Below the pieces are notes generated by a model. That model searched no databases. It saw only the letters and a list, made by a program, of their open reading frames with translations, and was not told the DNA's origin. DNA of 63,112 bases from Octopus sinensis (Eukaryota), in assembly GCF_006345805.1 (NCBI RefSeq), contig NW_021832234.1:1-63112 (forward strand), in the 5' to 3' direction. The stretch's first letter is position 1, and every line of letters begins with the position of its first letter. Both the position numbers and the translations under genes were made by a program. Shown here one piece after another: positions 39,966 to 53,924 of this stretch.

Positions 39966-40439
39966 ACTTACATATACTACTTTCAGCTGTGTTCATCAAA
40001 TATCATAATACTCAAAAATAAACCAATAAATATGTCACAGTAAAACTGAAATCCTAGTGAAGCCCGCACATGTTCATATGTTACACTTTCCACAGTAGAA
40101 CACATGCATGAGAAATACATATATCTTTTTTTTTTAATTTAAACCCATTAATGATATTGAATTCAGCACTACAAACAAGTAAAACATCTTTTAATTTTCT
40201 TTTCCTACTCAGAGAGCAACCTATACTTGTTCTTATATGAGCTTCAGCAATGAGAAAAGTTGGGCTCTGTATATTAAACATATGAAGCACCAGTCAAATC
40301 ATACAGCACATTTATATCATTTACTTCCTCACATGGCTGTATCCTGCTTTATTTACCATGAATAGGTAACAGCTTGTTGCTAAAAGCTTATATAGACTTA
40401 TTCATACACATAAATCGTTAGATAGAGATATTATTTTAT

Positions 40440-40805
40440 TCTTTTATTCTTTTATTTGTTTCAGTCATTTGACTGCAGCCATGCTGGAGCATCGGACTTA
40501 TTCTTTGTAGGCCTAGCACTTATTCTATTGGTCTCCCTTACCGAACCGCTAAGTGATGGGGACATAAACACACCAGCATCGGTTGTCAAGTGATGTTGGG
40601 GGAACAAACACAAATACACAAACATATACATACACATATATATATACGATGGGCTTCTTTCAGTTTCCGCCTACCAAATCCACTCACAAGGCTTTGGTCA
40701 ACCCGAAGCTATAGTAGAAGACACTTGCCCAAGGTACCATGCAGTGGGACTGAATCCAGAACCATATGGTTGGTAAGCAAGCTACTTACCACACAACCAG
40801 TCCTG
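40440..40805 (-). mobile_element. SINE family 2
   Basis: Tail, core and head complements all present. Confidence 0.85.
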
Positions 40806-40824
40806 TACCTAGATAGATTTCTGA

Positions 40825-40862
<38 letters not shown>

Positions 40863-40921
40863 TGATACAAAGATAAGCAGAAAAACAGACACAGAGAGAA
40901 ATATACAGATAGTCAGATACC

Positions 40922-40963
<42 letters not shown>

Positions 40964-41041
40964 CATACATACATACATACATACATACATACATACATAC
41001 ATACATACATAATACATACATACATACATTGATAGATACAT

Positions 41042-41072
<31 letters not shown>

Positions 41073-41915
41073 ATGATAGATAGATAATCGATAGATAGAT
41101 ACATAGATAGATAAACAGACAGATAGACAGAGAGGTAGATAGATAGCTAGATAGATAATGCCCTGCATCTTTAGTGAAGGCACTTAGCTGTTTAGTCCAA
41201 TCTAAAAACATGACCTCAGTAAGATTTAGGCTGTGTTGCAAACACACACACACACACACCACACACACACACACACTTGCATGCAAATAAAAGCACACTT
41301 ACACACATGTACACGTACACACATATAAACTAAACTAACTGAAACTGTGCCAGGTCAGTTTTTTTAGAATTAGCTAAAGCTGATTCAGTTAAGTGCCTTG
41401 ACCGAAAATGCAGTGCACTGCAGACAACAAGACAGAAATGCACAAATAATGCAGTGCCTATTGCATCATTACGTTTACCATGTATTTTGAAATTATAAAA
41501 GAAGGTTCTTGGTAAATCCATGCCATTAATACATCTGATATCTCATTTCTGCTCGAAGATTTCAATAAAATCTAAGTACTCACAAAATTCTTTATGGAAT
41601 AGTTGAATATGAGATCTTTTAATCTAAGTTTCTCTATCCATTAAGTTGCATGCAGCTGTATATATATATAAATGTATGTATTTGCATGCAGATATATATA
41701 TATATATATACATATATATATACCACACACATATATATACACACACATATGCGTAAGTGTATGCGTGTATATATATGTATATATGTACTTATGCATATGA
41801 ATTCATCTTAGGATGTATGTACATAAATATATATAAGTATGCCTACATGCATATATAATATATATTACATATGAATATGAATATATACATATATATATAA
41901 ATATATGTATGTATA

Positions 41916-41953
<38 letters not shown>

Positions 41954-41955
<2 letters not shown>

Positions 41956-42355
41956 TTTATAATTATAAACATAATTACAGTAATAGTTTAGCAAAATTGC
42001 ATCACCACATACCAAAATTCAGAAATAGCAGTTCAATAATATTCCACTACCATAAGATATCTCCCAGACAGCAATACTCCCAACTCACACAGGTAAAGAG
42101 AAAAAGATAACGAATCCACCCGGCTTTGATTAACTATATATGAGTTTCAGGATTAAAGATATGTAAAATTAATCATACCTTATTTCCATCATCAGTATAG
42201 TATTTCAATTATAAATTTGAGAGTACTAGCAATTAAGATATCTATTCGACCAAGTGCCATCGAATAAAAGTATTTAACTGCTATTTCTAAATTTTGGTAT
42301 GTGGTGAAGCAATCTCGCTAAACCGTAATTGTAATTTTGCTTATAATTATAAAAT
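41954..42355. repeat. Imperfect 80-bp inverted repeat with ~240-bp spacer
   Basis: 41954-42033 versus 42276-42355, e.g. TTGCATCACCACATACCAAAATTCAGAAATAGCAGTT versus AACTGCTATTTCTAAATTTTGGTATGTGGTGAAGCAA. Confidence 0.8.
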
Positions 42356-42469
42356 GTTTGTATAAGTTTACTGATAATGGTTCTTTTAACATTCCAAACT
42401 ACTTGGTAAAATTATTAAATATAATTGATTAATTAATTTTAACCTTTATTATATTTGATAATATATTAT

Positions 42470-42503
<34 letters not shown>

Positions 42504-44339
42504 ATGTAATTTATAGTTTACAGTTCTATTAACTATACAAATGAATCCTTGAATTTACAAAATTCTATAATTTTATGCAGCTGAAGATTGTTCTACAGTT
42601 TAAAACTGATGTAATATTTGCATTGTTCAATTAAATGGAGTCGCAGGAAACGATCGTATTGTATTGCCTCTGGATATCCTTATTGCTTATTTTGATTGTA
42701 ATCACCCCATTTTGAATTATATGGATAATACCATACTAAATTCTGGTGCCTTTAACGTAAATACCATATTCAACTGAATCTAAATTTTACTGATCTTATA
42801 TATATATATATAAAGAATTTTAATATGAGAAGCTGGAAGGAACAGGCTTTATTGCAAAAAACCACAATTGCTTCAGCACATCAGGAGCTGCTGGTGTTAA
42901 TATATTATACACATTATTGCATTAATATGATCCAACAATAGCTGTATACATGCATGTATGCAAGTAAGTAGTGTCCTTATTATAATAATAATAATGGTTT
43001 CAAATTTTGGCACAGAGCCAGCAATTTCAGGGCAGGAAGGTAGTCAATTACATCGACCCTAAAAGGATGAAAGGTAAAAAGTCAACCTTGACCGTGTTTG
43101 AACTCAGAATGTAAACACAGACGAAATTCCAATAAGTATTTTTACCAGTGTGCTAATGATTCATCCAGCTCACCACATTACACATGAGAAATAATCACAA
43201 ATAATTCTGAAACATCATAGATTAAGAGCTAAGATTTTAGCTAAACTCTAGTTTTGGGAAAGTATTTTGTGACCATTCTTACAGTTAAAATTATTTCCTG
43301 TATCTTCCACATCTTAAAAAGAAAGTCACAACCTAAGCTATATAATCTTTGATATACTTTGTTTTAAAAGACAGGAGGGTCACACCTGCAATACTTTTGG
43401 TCATATGATGGTCAAATTGATCAAGTTTTAGCTGGGTGTAATCAACTACAAAATGATGTTTTGGTAGTCTGGCAGTCAAATGTTCTCAGGATAGAGACCA
43501 AGAGATTATTTTGAAAGAAGTTAAGTGGGTGAGTAAGTCTATTCTAGCCAATATTCTTTGTGTTCACTTAATATGTAATGGGTGTTTTCCCATTAAGAAA
43601 ATGCTAGATGTTTAACTATTATTTCCAACAATAGGCTGAACGTAAGCATGTGGAATAGAGTGGTCTGCTCACAGGCGCAATAAAATTTATAGTAGCCTGT
43701 ACAGATAAAAACTAAATGAATGAAAACAAACTGTGATAGCCAGGATATCTTTAAGCAAATTTTTGTAATAGGCCAAGCAGGACAGATTACGTGAAAGTTG
43801 AAATGGATGATAGACATATAATGGACGAGGAAGAAATGCTTAAGGATAAACTAGACTAATTCATTAATTCTTTAATTCTCATCTCAATGGAAGGATTCAT
43901 CTCAGCAAAGTAAATTTCCAAATCATAGAAATTTCCAAATTGTTTGTTATTCCAATCACAGAATTGGTCATTCTTTCTTAATTTTCCTTCTTTTAGTTTA
44001 TCAGAGGGGTTATTTTTAACTCTTTTTTTTTTTCTATTTTCTTTAGACTTCAGATTGGTTTCTTTTTCTGTTCTCACATTGCTCCTCTGCCAAATGAGAG
44101 GAGCAGGATTGCTTAATGACTTGCCATAGGCATGCCACACAGTAATAGCTGGCTTTTCAAGGATTGCTTAACAACATACCAACTGCAATTCTTCAATTCG
44201 TCAGTAAATTAAGCAAAGGGATTTGTTTCTCCTGAAATGGAGTTGTGAAATATTTTGGTTCTTCTTTTTTGTTTTTCACAGATACATTGTATGCAGGTAG
44301 ACCTGCAAACACACACTCACACAACACACATAAGCAGAG

Positions 44340-45050
44340 AAAGATTCATACATACATACAAACATTTACATGCATATATATATAATATATGTATGTGTAT
44401 GTTTTTATATATATATATATACATACATATACATATGTATATATATATATATATACATATACATATGTATATATATATACATATACATATGTATATATAT
44501 ATATACATATACATATGTATATATATATATATACATATACATATTATATATATATTATATATATATATATACACATATACATATGTATATGTATATATAT
44601 ATGTATATATATACATCACATTTATATATATGTATGCATATGTATATATACACATATACATATGTATATGTATATATATATGTATATATATACATCAACA
44701 TTTATATATATATGTATGCATATGTATATATACACACATACATATATTCTATGTATGTATATATACATATAAATAAATATTCTATGCATGTAAATCTATA
44801 TATATACATATATATAAAGAATATGTGTATGTATATGAGTGTGTGTGAGTATATATGTGTTTTTACATATATATATTCTATGTACACGTGCACATATATA
44901 TATATACAATATATATATATATGCATATATACATAAACATATGCATAGATAGATAGATATATGTGATAATCTATATATCTATATCTATATATATGTGTGT
45001 GTATATGTACATGTATGCATATGTGTGTATGTACATATATATGTATGTAC

Positions 45051-45083
<33 letters not shown>

Positions 45084-45474
45084 TGTATGTATGTATGTAT
45101 GTATGTATGTATGTGTGTATGTATGAGGTGTAACATGCATTAACTATGCATGTTATTTGTAATACATTCTTCAAAGATTTATTTACTTTACATCCTTCTA
45201 TAGTTTGCAGCAATTCTCTGTATCCTCTATCTGTAACCAATAATAACCTTGGTCAAAGGGGTTTCTTCTTAATTGTTCATAGGATACTCTAAAACATTTG
45301 ATAAACAACTACAACAACAATGACAAGAGATGGCAAATTAGAATTGCATTTAGGCTATTGATTGGCTGACACATTAACAGATTGACTGAAAGCTGATGTT
45401 GCCTCTGCACATATATGTGTACATATATGCATCTTCCTCTCTCTGTTTGTCTCTCTCTCTTTCTATCTATTTAT

Positions 45475-45542
<68 letters not shown>

Positions 45543-46120
45543 ATATATATATTATATAATATATATATACGTATATGTGTATATATGTATATATATATGT
45601 ATGTATGTATGTATGTATATATATATAAATTCATGCTTATACATATATAGTTATACATGTATGTCTATGTGTGTGCAGATAGATACATTTATGCACTCAC
45701 AAATTTATATATATATACATACATACATATATATATGCTAGCCTATATATTACTTAAGTACACTTATATAAGCATATTTATGTACTTATATACATATAAA
45801 AGATACGTAGATATATATATATAAATAAATAAATATATATATGTATGTATTGCTCATTCTGTCACAAGTTATGCACTTCCATACATGAATGTTCCCTGTA
45901 TACGTTTGTGTTTTATAGATATGTGTGTGGTGTGTACATACATATATATCATATATATATTATATATATATATATATATCTATATATATATATATATATA
46001 TACACATATATATACATATATATACACATATATATACATATATATACATATATATACATATATATATATTATATATATATAATATATATATATATATATT
46101 ATATATATTATATTATATTA

Positions 46121-46170
<50 letters not shown>
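44340..46170. repeat. Large degenerate (TA)/(TATACA)/(TATG)/(TATC) microsatellite fields
   Basis: Direct inspection; interrupted by ~270 bp of unique sequence at 45130-45400. Confidence 0.9.
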
Positions 46171-46171
<1 letters not shown>

Positions 46172-47159
46172 TTCATGCATAGAAAATGATTCTTCAGAAT
46201 GTTAATTGATTAAATAGTGTTTGTCTTACCTTTTTATTTCTTAGTCCCATTCCAATCGTCCTAGTGTTGTTTAAATTTAGACACACCGTAAGACTATCAC
46301 AGACAACTATTCTTGTAACACATTCTTCTATTCTTCTTCAATATATCTTATCCATGGACATGCTGATGTAAATACTTTTTGTCATTCTAAGAAGAATAGC
46401 ACAGATATTCTTTTGTGTCCACACACACACACACATGCACGCACACACACATACATATATATATATATAATGAACTGATTTTTTCCCGCAGCTTTTGAAA
46501 TAACCATGAGGATAATGTTTTGATATATATTGAGTGAAAACTTGTTAGTTGATATATCTCATTAGATTAGATTTGGTGTACTGTGTTATACCATTTTGCA
46601 TCATAAAACTAATGATCTTCTTCCGTTACTTTTTAAACAATTGAATATATGAAGAAAATGGAGTAACAGAGAATATTTTTTGTGTGTTCATGGTAAGTAG
46701 ATCTTTATATAAACAGATAAAGTGTTCTGTTGTTTTCTTTTTACTTTCCACAAGTATGTTAGAGTGTTATTTTCAGTGGATATCTGTGTGTTTCTGAAAG
46801 TGGATTCCAAAGAATAATTTACAAAATTACTTCTGACCATCACAGACTTTCCAACACTGATCAGATTGAAATGAATGATATTCTGTTTGAATTTTTGTAC
46901 AGAAAAGAAAAGAATGTTATTGGATTGATGATCCCAAACTGTGCAGGTATCAAGATTTTAATTTTTCTTTGACACTTTCATTACAGAAAATTTGAGGAGG
47001 TAAAAGTAATGAACATTAAAAGATGTCTTGAATGTATCTCAATCAATGTAAAACGTAAACAATGTTTTGTTGGTGCATGTTTCTATTTATCTTCCCTTCT
47101 TTGTCATGTAATATATGAAAGATGCATTATATCAACATACATAGCAAGATATATATACC

Positions 47160-47390
47160 CATTTCTTTACTACCCACAAGGGGCTAAACACAGAGAGAAC
47201 AAACAAGGACAGACAAACAGATTAAGTCAATTATATCGACCGCAGTGCATAACTGGTACTTATTTAATCGACCCCAAAAGGATGAAAGGCAAAGTCAACG
47301 TCGGTGGAATTTGAACTCAGAACATAACGGCAGACAAAATACTGCTAGGCATTTTGCCCAGTGTGGTAACATTTCTGCCAGCTTGCTGCC
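47160..47390 (-). mobile_element. SINE family 1, tail B
   Basis: ATTTCTTTACTACCCACAAGGGGCTAAAC...TTTGAACTCAGAAC...ACATTTCTGCCAGCTTGCTGCC. Confidence 0.8.
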
Positions 47391-47412
47391 TTATATATGT
47401 AATTATATATAT

Positions 47413-47461
<49 letters not shown>

Positions 47462-47467
47462 ATATAT

Positions 47468-47554
<87 letters not shown>

Positions 47555-47599
47555 TAAACATATATACATATATATATATATATATATACAATATATAAC

Positions 47600-47639
<40 letters not shown>

Positions 47640-47769
47640 ACTATATACATATATATATATATATTATATATAATAAACATATATATATATATATATATAT
47701 ATATAAACAATATACCATATATATATATATAGATATATATATACATATATATAATATATATATATTATA

Positions 47770-47804
<35 letters not shown>

Positions 47805-47908
47805 ATATATACATATATATTATATATTATATTATATATATATATATATATACATATATAAACATATATACATATATATTATATATATATATAATACATA
47901 TATAACAT

Positions 47909-49734
47909 GTGGAAGAGGTAGACCCAGGAAAACCTGGGACGAGGTGGTGAAGCACGACCTTCGAACTTTAGGTCTCACTAAGGAAATGTCTAGAGACCGA
48001 GACCTATGGAAGTATGCTGTGCATGAGAAGACCCGGCAAACTAGTCAAGCCATACCCGTGGCCCCGACCTGGGACGTAGTCAGTCCTGTGCATACCTTCC
48101 TCTTGTGACACTATGAAGACCTGTTGAGGCAAGTGAAAAATCAATCAAATCAAAACAAATCAAAATAGATGAACATCAGTGGAATTGTATTTTTGTGGTA
48201 CCAGTGCCGGTGGCACACAAGAAAACCACCCAAACGTGGCCGTAACCAGTACCGCATCGACTGGCTCGTGCTCGTGCTGTGGGCACAACAAACACCATCC
48301 GATCGTGGCCGTTCCCAGCCTCATCTGGCACCTGTGCCGGTGGCACATAAAGACACCATCCGAAGACCCGCGACGTAGTCAGTCCACCTGTGCAACCTTC
48401 CCTCTTATGACACTTGTGAAGACCTGTTGAGGCAAGTGTGTGACACTTGTGAAGACCTGTTGAGGCAAGTGAAAATCAAACCAAATCAAAATAGATGATA
48501 TCAATGGAATTTGTATCTTTGTGGTTCCAGTACCGGTGGCACACAAGAAAACCATCCGAAGTGGCCGTAGCTGGTACCGCATCGACTGGCCTCCGTGCTG
48601 TGGGCACAACCAACACCATCTGATCGTGGCCGTTCGCCAGCCTCACCTGGCACCTGTGTCGGTGGCACATAAACACCATCCAAAGACCCGGCGACGTAGT
48701 CAGTCCACCTGTGCATACCTTCCCTCTTATGACACTTGTGAAGACCTGTTGAGGCAGAGGCAAGTGTGTGACACTTTGTGAAGACCTGTTGAGGCAGAGG
48801 CAAGTGTGTGACACTTGTGGAGACCTGTTGAGGCAAGTGTGTGACACGCGTGACACTTGTGAAGACCTGTTGAGGCAAGTGAAAATCAAACCAAATCAAA
48901 TAGAATGACATCAATGGAATTTGTATCTTTGTGGTTCCAGTACCGGTGGCACACAAGAAAACCATCCGATCGTGGCCGTTCGCCAGCCACATCTGGCACC
49001 TGTGTCGGTGGCACATAAAGACACCATCCGAAGACCCGGCGACGTAGACAGTCCACCTGTGCATACCTTCCTTCTTGTGACACTTGTGAAGACCTGTTGA
49101 GGCAAGTGACACTTGTGAAGACCTGTTGAGGCAAGTGAAAATCAAATCAAATCAAAACAAATCAAAATAGATGAGCATAAATGGAATTTGTATCTTTGTG
49201 GTACCAGTGCCGGTGGCACACAAGAAAATCATCCGAACGTGGCCGTAGCCAGTACCGCATAGACTGGCCTCCGTGCTTTGGGGACGTAACAAACACCATC
49301 CGATCGTGGCCGTCCGCCCCTCATCTGGCACCTGTGTCGGTGGCACATAAAAAACACCATCCGAGCGTGGCCGTCTGCCAGCCTCGTCTGGCACCTGCCA
49401 GCCTCATCTGGCACCTGTGTCGGTGGCACATAAAAACACCATCCGAGCGTGGCCGTCTGCCAGCCTCGTCTGGCACCTGTGTCGGTGGCACATAAAAACA
49501 CCATCCGAGCGTGGCCGTTCGCCAGCCTCGTCTGGCACCTGTGTCGGTGGCACATAAAATCACCCACTACACTCTCGGAGTGGTTGGCGTTAGGAAGGGC
49601 ATCCAGCTGTAGAAACACTGCCAGATCTGACTGGCCTGGTGCAGCCTTCGGGCTCCCCAGACCCCAGTTGAACCGTCCAACCCATGCTAGCATGGAAAAC
49701 GGACGCTAAATGATGATGATGATGATGATGATGA
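47909..49734 (+). mobile_element. RTE-type LINE 3' end with internally amplified 3' UTR and (GAT)n tail
   Basis: GRGRPRKTWDEVVKHDLRTLGLTKEMSRDRDLWKYAV, then a repeated UTR and tail CCATGCTAGCATGGAAAACGGACGCTAAATGATGAT. Same family as 59856-61238. Confidence 0.85.
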
Positions 49735-51534
49735 TATACATATATATACATATATACATATATATATCATTATATATATATATATATATATATATATCAT
49801 CATCATCGTTTAGCGTCCGTTTTCCATGCTAGCATATATATATATATATATCATTATTGACTCATTAAAGTAAGGGGACATTGTGATACATGGTTTTTCA
49901 ACCTGGTTATGTCTTCTCAGCCAAACAACCAGGACTAATGAACCTCACAAGAGATTTTGGCACTTGTTTTTAAGGTTTGGCAGACATATTATGTAAAACT
50001 CCATCTGAATCTACCAACATACTTCATTAGACTATTCCATGTTGATGGGATCTAATAGACCAAAACATGCTCATGGTTTCCAGTTATTTACAAATGAAGA
50101 TCAGACTCCCCTTCCAGTAAGCATGTAAATTTATTTTGAGGTGCCCAATTTCTTGAAATTATCTCCCTTTTCCTTAGAGTGTCCCTAAAAATTACCAATA
50201 GTTTTTTTGCTCTTTTCCTCCAAAAGGGAATACCCTGTCCAGTTGGGTTATAATTCTTCATAAATTTGTATGCGTTTTATTGGCTAAAATTTATAGTTAT
50301 ACACTGTAGTGTATTTTAGACCCAAAAGTATACTTTATTTTCTAGACTTATATGTTCTACACCACATGCCCAAGAGATCTATGATCCCCTTTCTTGAACA
50401 TCCCAAGATAAGTTTGCCACACAAATAAATTCATATTGTATAGTGCTTTACAATATCTTATAATGTTAAGTAAGGTCGTTGTATTAGAAGTACTGTCTTA
50501 CTTAATTTCTCTTTATTGATATACCAGTTTAAAAAAAAAAAAAGGGTTTAACCCAAAAGTTTATATACAGATTTCATATATTTGTGAATTTACACACCTA
50601 TAAGCATATACAATTGTGGCCAAAAGTTGAAACATTTTTTTTTTAAATTAAAATTGCTATGCCCAAGTACAATTCAAATATATACAATGTACAGATAAAC
50701 TTACCTTATAACAGATCGCTATTTAGAAAAAAGAATAGGCAAAAATCAAAATGTAAAGTTCTGGGATAAATTGCTTACTTTTAATATAAATTTGGGCATT
50801 TGATATAAGTATTCTAATTTTCAGACCTATGTATGAAATGTTTGGCCATGATTGTGTATATAGCACTTCCAAAAAATTATAAACACACCAGCTAGCTTCA
50901 ATTCCATTGTACACTGTACAGCTGAATTTCAACATTGTTCAAGAATTGAACTCTGTAAACCAGAATATTCAAGAATATATGGTGAAGTTCAGTGGAAAAG
51001 AAGATGAACTTTTTACTAATACTGGAATAGCTCTACTGTCTGAAAATCAGAAGGGTGTGGAAGCATTTAGTTACTATAGATGAATTGAAAGTGCATGAAA
51101 ATATAATGAATCTTTAATTTAAATACAAATTCTTCGAAATGCAACTTGTATCAAATAACTGCATTGATGCTGTGGCTTCAACCATTGTTTTGTATTCAAT
51201 TCTGTAACTACAGGCTGTACTAAATTGGAAACAGCAAAATTTTGCCTGTCAGCAAATGATTCTAATGCCTGCTTTGGATAAATCACTCTTTAAACGAGTA
51301 AGATAAATACATGATTATGTAAATATAAAAAAGTTTACATAACTTAAAAAGATAAGTTACTAAATATTCAACAGATATAAATAATTGTTTTTAATTCTGA
51401 AGATGTTTATTACAAGATTAGATGGTGTGCATGTTGTTATGTAGATAACTCCTCAATATTAAATCATTTTTAAATATTTCATTTTTCTCTCAGCAATAAT
51501 ATAGTTATATTTTAAACAAGTAATATTGCTCTAA

Positions 51535-51755
51535 GTGAAGGCATTGAGCTGGCCAAAATGTTAGCATGCCAGGCAAAATGTGTAGCAGTATTTCGTCTAT
51601 TTTTATGTTCTAATTTCAAATTCTGCCCAGGTTGACTTAGCCTTTCATCGTTTCAGGAGCGATAAATTAAGTCCAGCCGTGTACTGGGGTCGATCTTATC
51701 AACTGCCTCCCCTCCCACAAAATTTTAGGCCTTGTGCCTAGAACAGAAAAGAATA
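51535..51755 (+). mobile_element. SINE family 1, degenerate, tail A
   Basis: GAGCTGGCCAAAATGTTAGCATGCCAGGC head, GCCTTTCATCGTTTCAGG core. Confidence 0.7.
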
Positions 51756-52054
51756 TTTATATAAGTTACTCATGGATTTACAAGTAGTACAACACTATAC
51801 TAAATGTTTATTATATTATTTACTTTCATTTTCCAAGAATATAATACATGATAAAGCATTTTATTCATTTATTCTTACATTCTTTTACTTGCTTCCATCA
51901 TTGGACATTTCAAATCCGTTTAATATCTGCTTTTCCATGTTTGCATGTGTCAGGTCAAATATACATGAATGAACGTACTTATGTATGTATGTTTGTATAT
52001 GTATATGTGTATGTATGTGTGTATGTATATGTGTATATATATATATATATATAG

Positions 52055-52505
52055 GGAGAATTCACAAAAAAACAAAAGACGAAGACAGGTGGTGTAGACA
52101 ACAAACAGATGTATTAGTATAACGCTTGGGAAGTGAAAAAGTCTTTAATGTTTTGAACCTACCCTCTTCCACAGAAAGAAAGAAGGAGAGAAAATAAACA
52201 ATGTGTAGTGGCTAGCGATCTATCATGGCAAATCTTTATTTTTTAAAAATTATTGGTGGAGAACTTCGGCCTTGTAGAGGTCCATGCACAACACCACCAT
52301 GGCTCCACCTTGTCAGCCAGTTTTATGATGATGTCAGTGCGGCGTCGGTGAGATCAAAGGGCTGAGAGTTCGGCTGGGGAGATGTTTAGATGACAGGGAT
52401 GCCTGGAAAACTTAAACCTATCCACAGCATGCTGGTAAGCACCTGCAAAAAGATTGACTGCTTGGAACTGGCCAGGAGCTGGCGTCCACTGGGATGGTCG
52501 GCTAC
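52055..52505 (-). mobile_element. Penelope-like remnant: pre-RT coding fragment fused to a pLTR-like end abutting (TA)n
   Basis: Minus strand NISPAELSAL*SHRRRTDIIIKLADK(G)GAMVVLCMDLYKAEVLHQ matches the PLE IKxADKGGxxVV motif (established knowledge); decayed hammerhead-like motif at 52142-52179. Confidence 0.7.
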
Positions 52506-53851
52506 CTAGATATATATATATATATATACATAATGGGCTTCTTTCAGTTTCTGTCGATCAGAAGTGTTCACAAGGCTTTGGTTAGCTTGGAGCTGTAGTG
52601 GAAGACACCAGCTGCCACACAATGGAACTGAACCAAAGACCATATGGCTGCAAACTTCTTATCACAAAACCATACCTGCTCCCAGAATGTTATAGGAAAA
52701 AGGTAACCACTTTAGATTGCTAGCTCTATAGATAACAGCAATAAAATTTCCACACCTAAAATTAATCCAGAATTTACAATCATGCTGTAATGTAGTTTTG
52801 ATAAACCAGAAACTAGAAATGTTAAAGAAAATGAGTATAAACAACCAACATGCATATGTGTAATTCAAAATAATTGACAAAAATATGCATATTTTCACCA
52901 ACTGCAAATGGTGAGTTACCAATAAAAATTCCTGCGTTATATGTATAGAAAGGTAGAAATATGGAATACATTCAATTTTAGCTGTATATGTTTTTTTATA
53001 ATGAAGAAAAAATGTTTTGAATGCTTCAGGCAAAAGTATGTCTCAAATATTAGTTGGCAAATATACATCAAATTTCATAAAATAGAGAAATACTCTTGAG
53101 AATTCTTCAGCAACTAGTTTTAATAGTTTTGCATTTCCCTTTAATTTTTTTTGGCCATTTCATTTTATGTTAAAATTTTTGAATATTTCATCCCCAAAAC
53201 GCAAAAATGCAGAAAACATTTCAAAATATATTATATAAAATGCAAGTTTTTGTAAAATAATTTTTTTTTTATTCTAGTAATTTTATTGTACTTTTTTTTA
53301 TTTTGGTTTCTGAAAAAGTGAAAAGAAAACAATTAGATTTTTTTTTATTTAAATAAAAATAGTTAAGAACTATTCGATGCTGCATCGAAATCTAACAGGT
53401 AATGGAAAATAATACAAATGAGGTTTGAAAAATAGCCATCACCAAAATCTAGTACAAAAACAACTGTAACTACAGAAAACTACACAATTAGACACATCCA
53501 TTAAAAGAATTTGCTGAGAAAATAAAAATGCCCTTGCTACATTTTACTATATTGTGTAAGCTTATAAATCATGTTGTCTATTTTGTCTTGCTGTCTTTTC
53601 TATCGGATTTCACCAAATATTGTTTTATTCTAAACTTCTATTTTTCCCTTCTAGGAAAGGTTTATATGACAAAAAAATCTTATACTCGATATTGACTCCT
53701 CAGTAAGGTTTAAAAATCCATCAAATGTATTTTGCAAATCTTCAAAAACTTACTGATTATATCAGGAAGTTGTAATTTGTTTTAAGTTTAGCAAATGGAA
53801 AAGCTGAATAGGAAAATGAAAACAAACTGTATATACATATAATACATATAT

Positions 53852-53901
<50 letters not shown>

Positions 53902-53924
53902 ATATAATATGTGTGTGTGTGTGT

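Noticed and set aside
42635-42715. 26-aa hydrophobic ORF MESQETIVLYCLWISLLLILIVITPF
   Set aside because: T-rich DNA gives hydrophobic peptides by chance; no independent support.
48160-49709. GC-rich ORFs of up to 214 aa (also 60557-61218)
   Set aside because: They fall in the repeated RTE 3' UTR, occur on both strands and repeat with the DNA period.
53655-53770. LILDIDSSVRF glycosyltransferase-like motif and a 48-nt AG/GT-bounded segment
   Set aside because: The motif frame has a stop just upstream, the open exon frame is a different one, and no supporting motifs were found.
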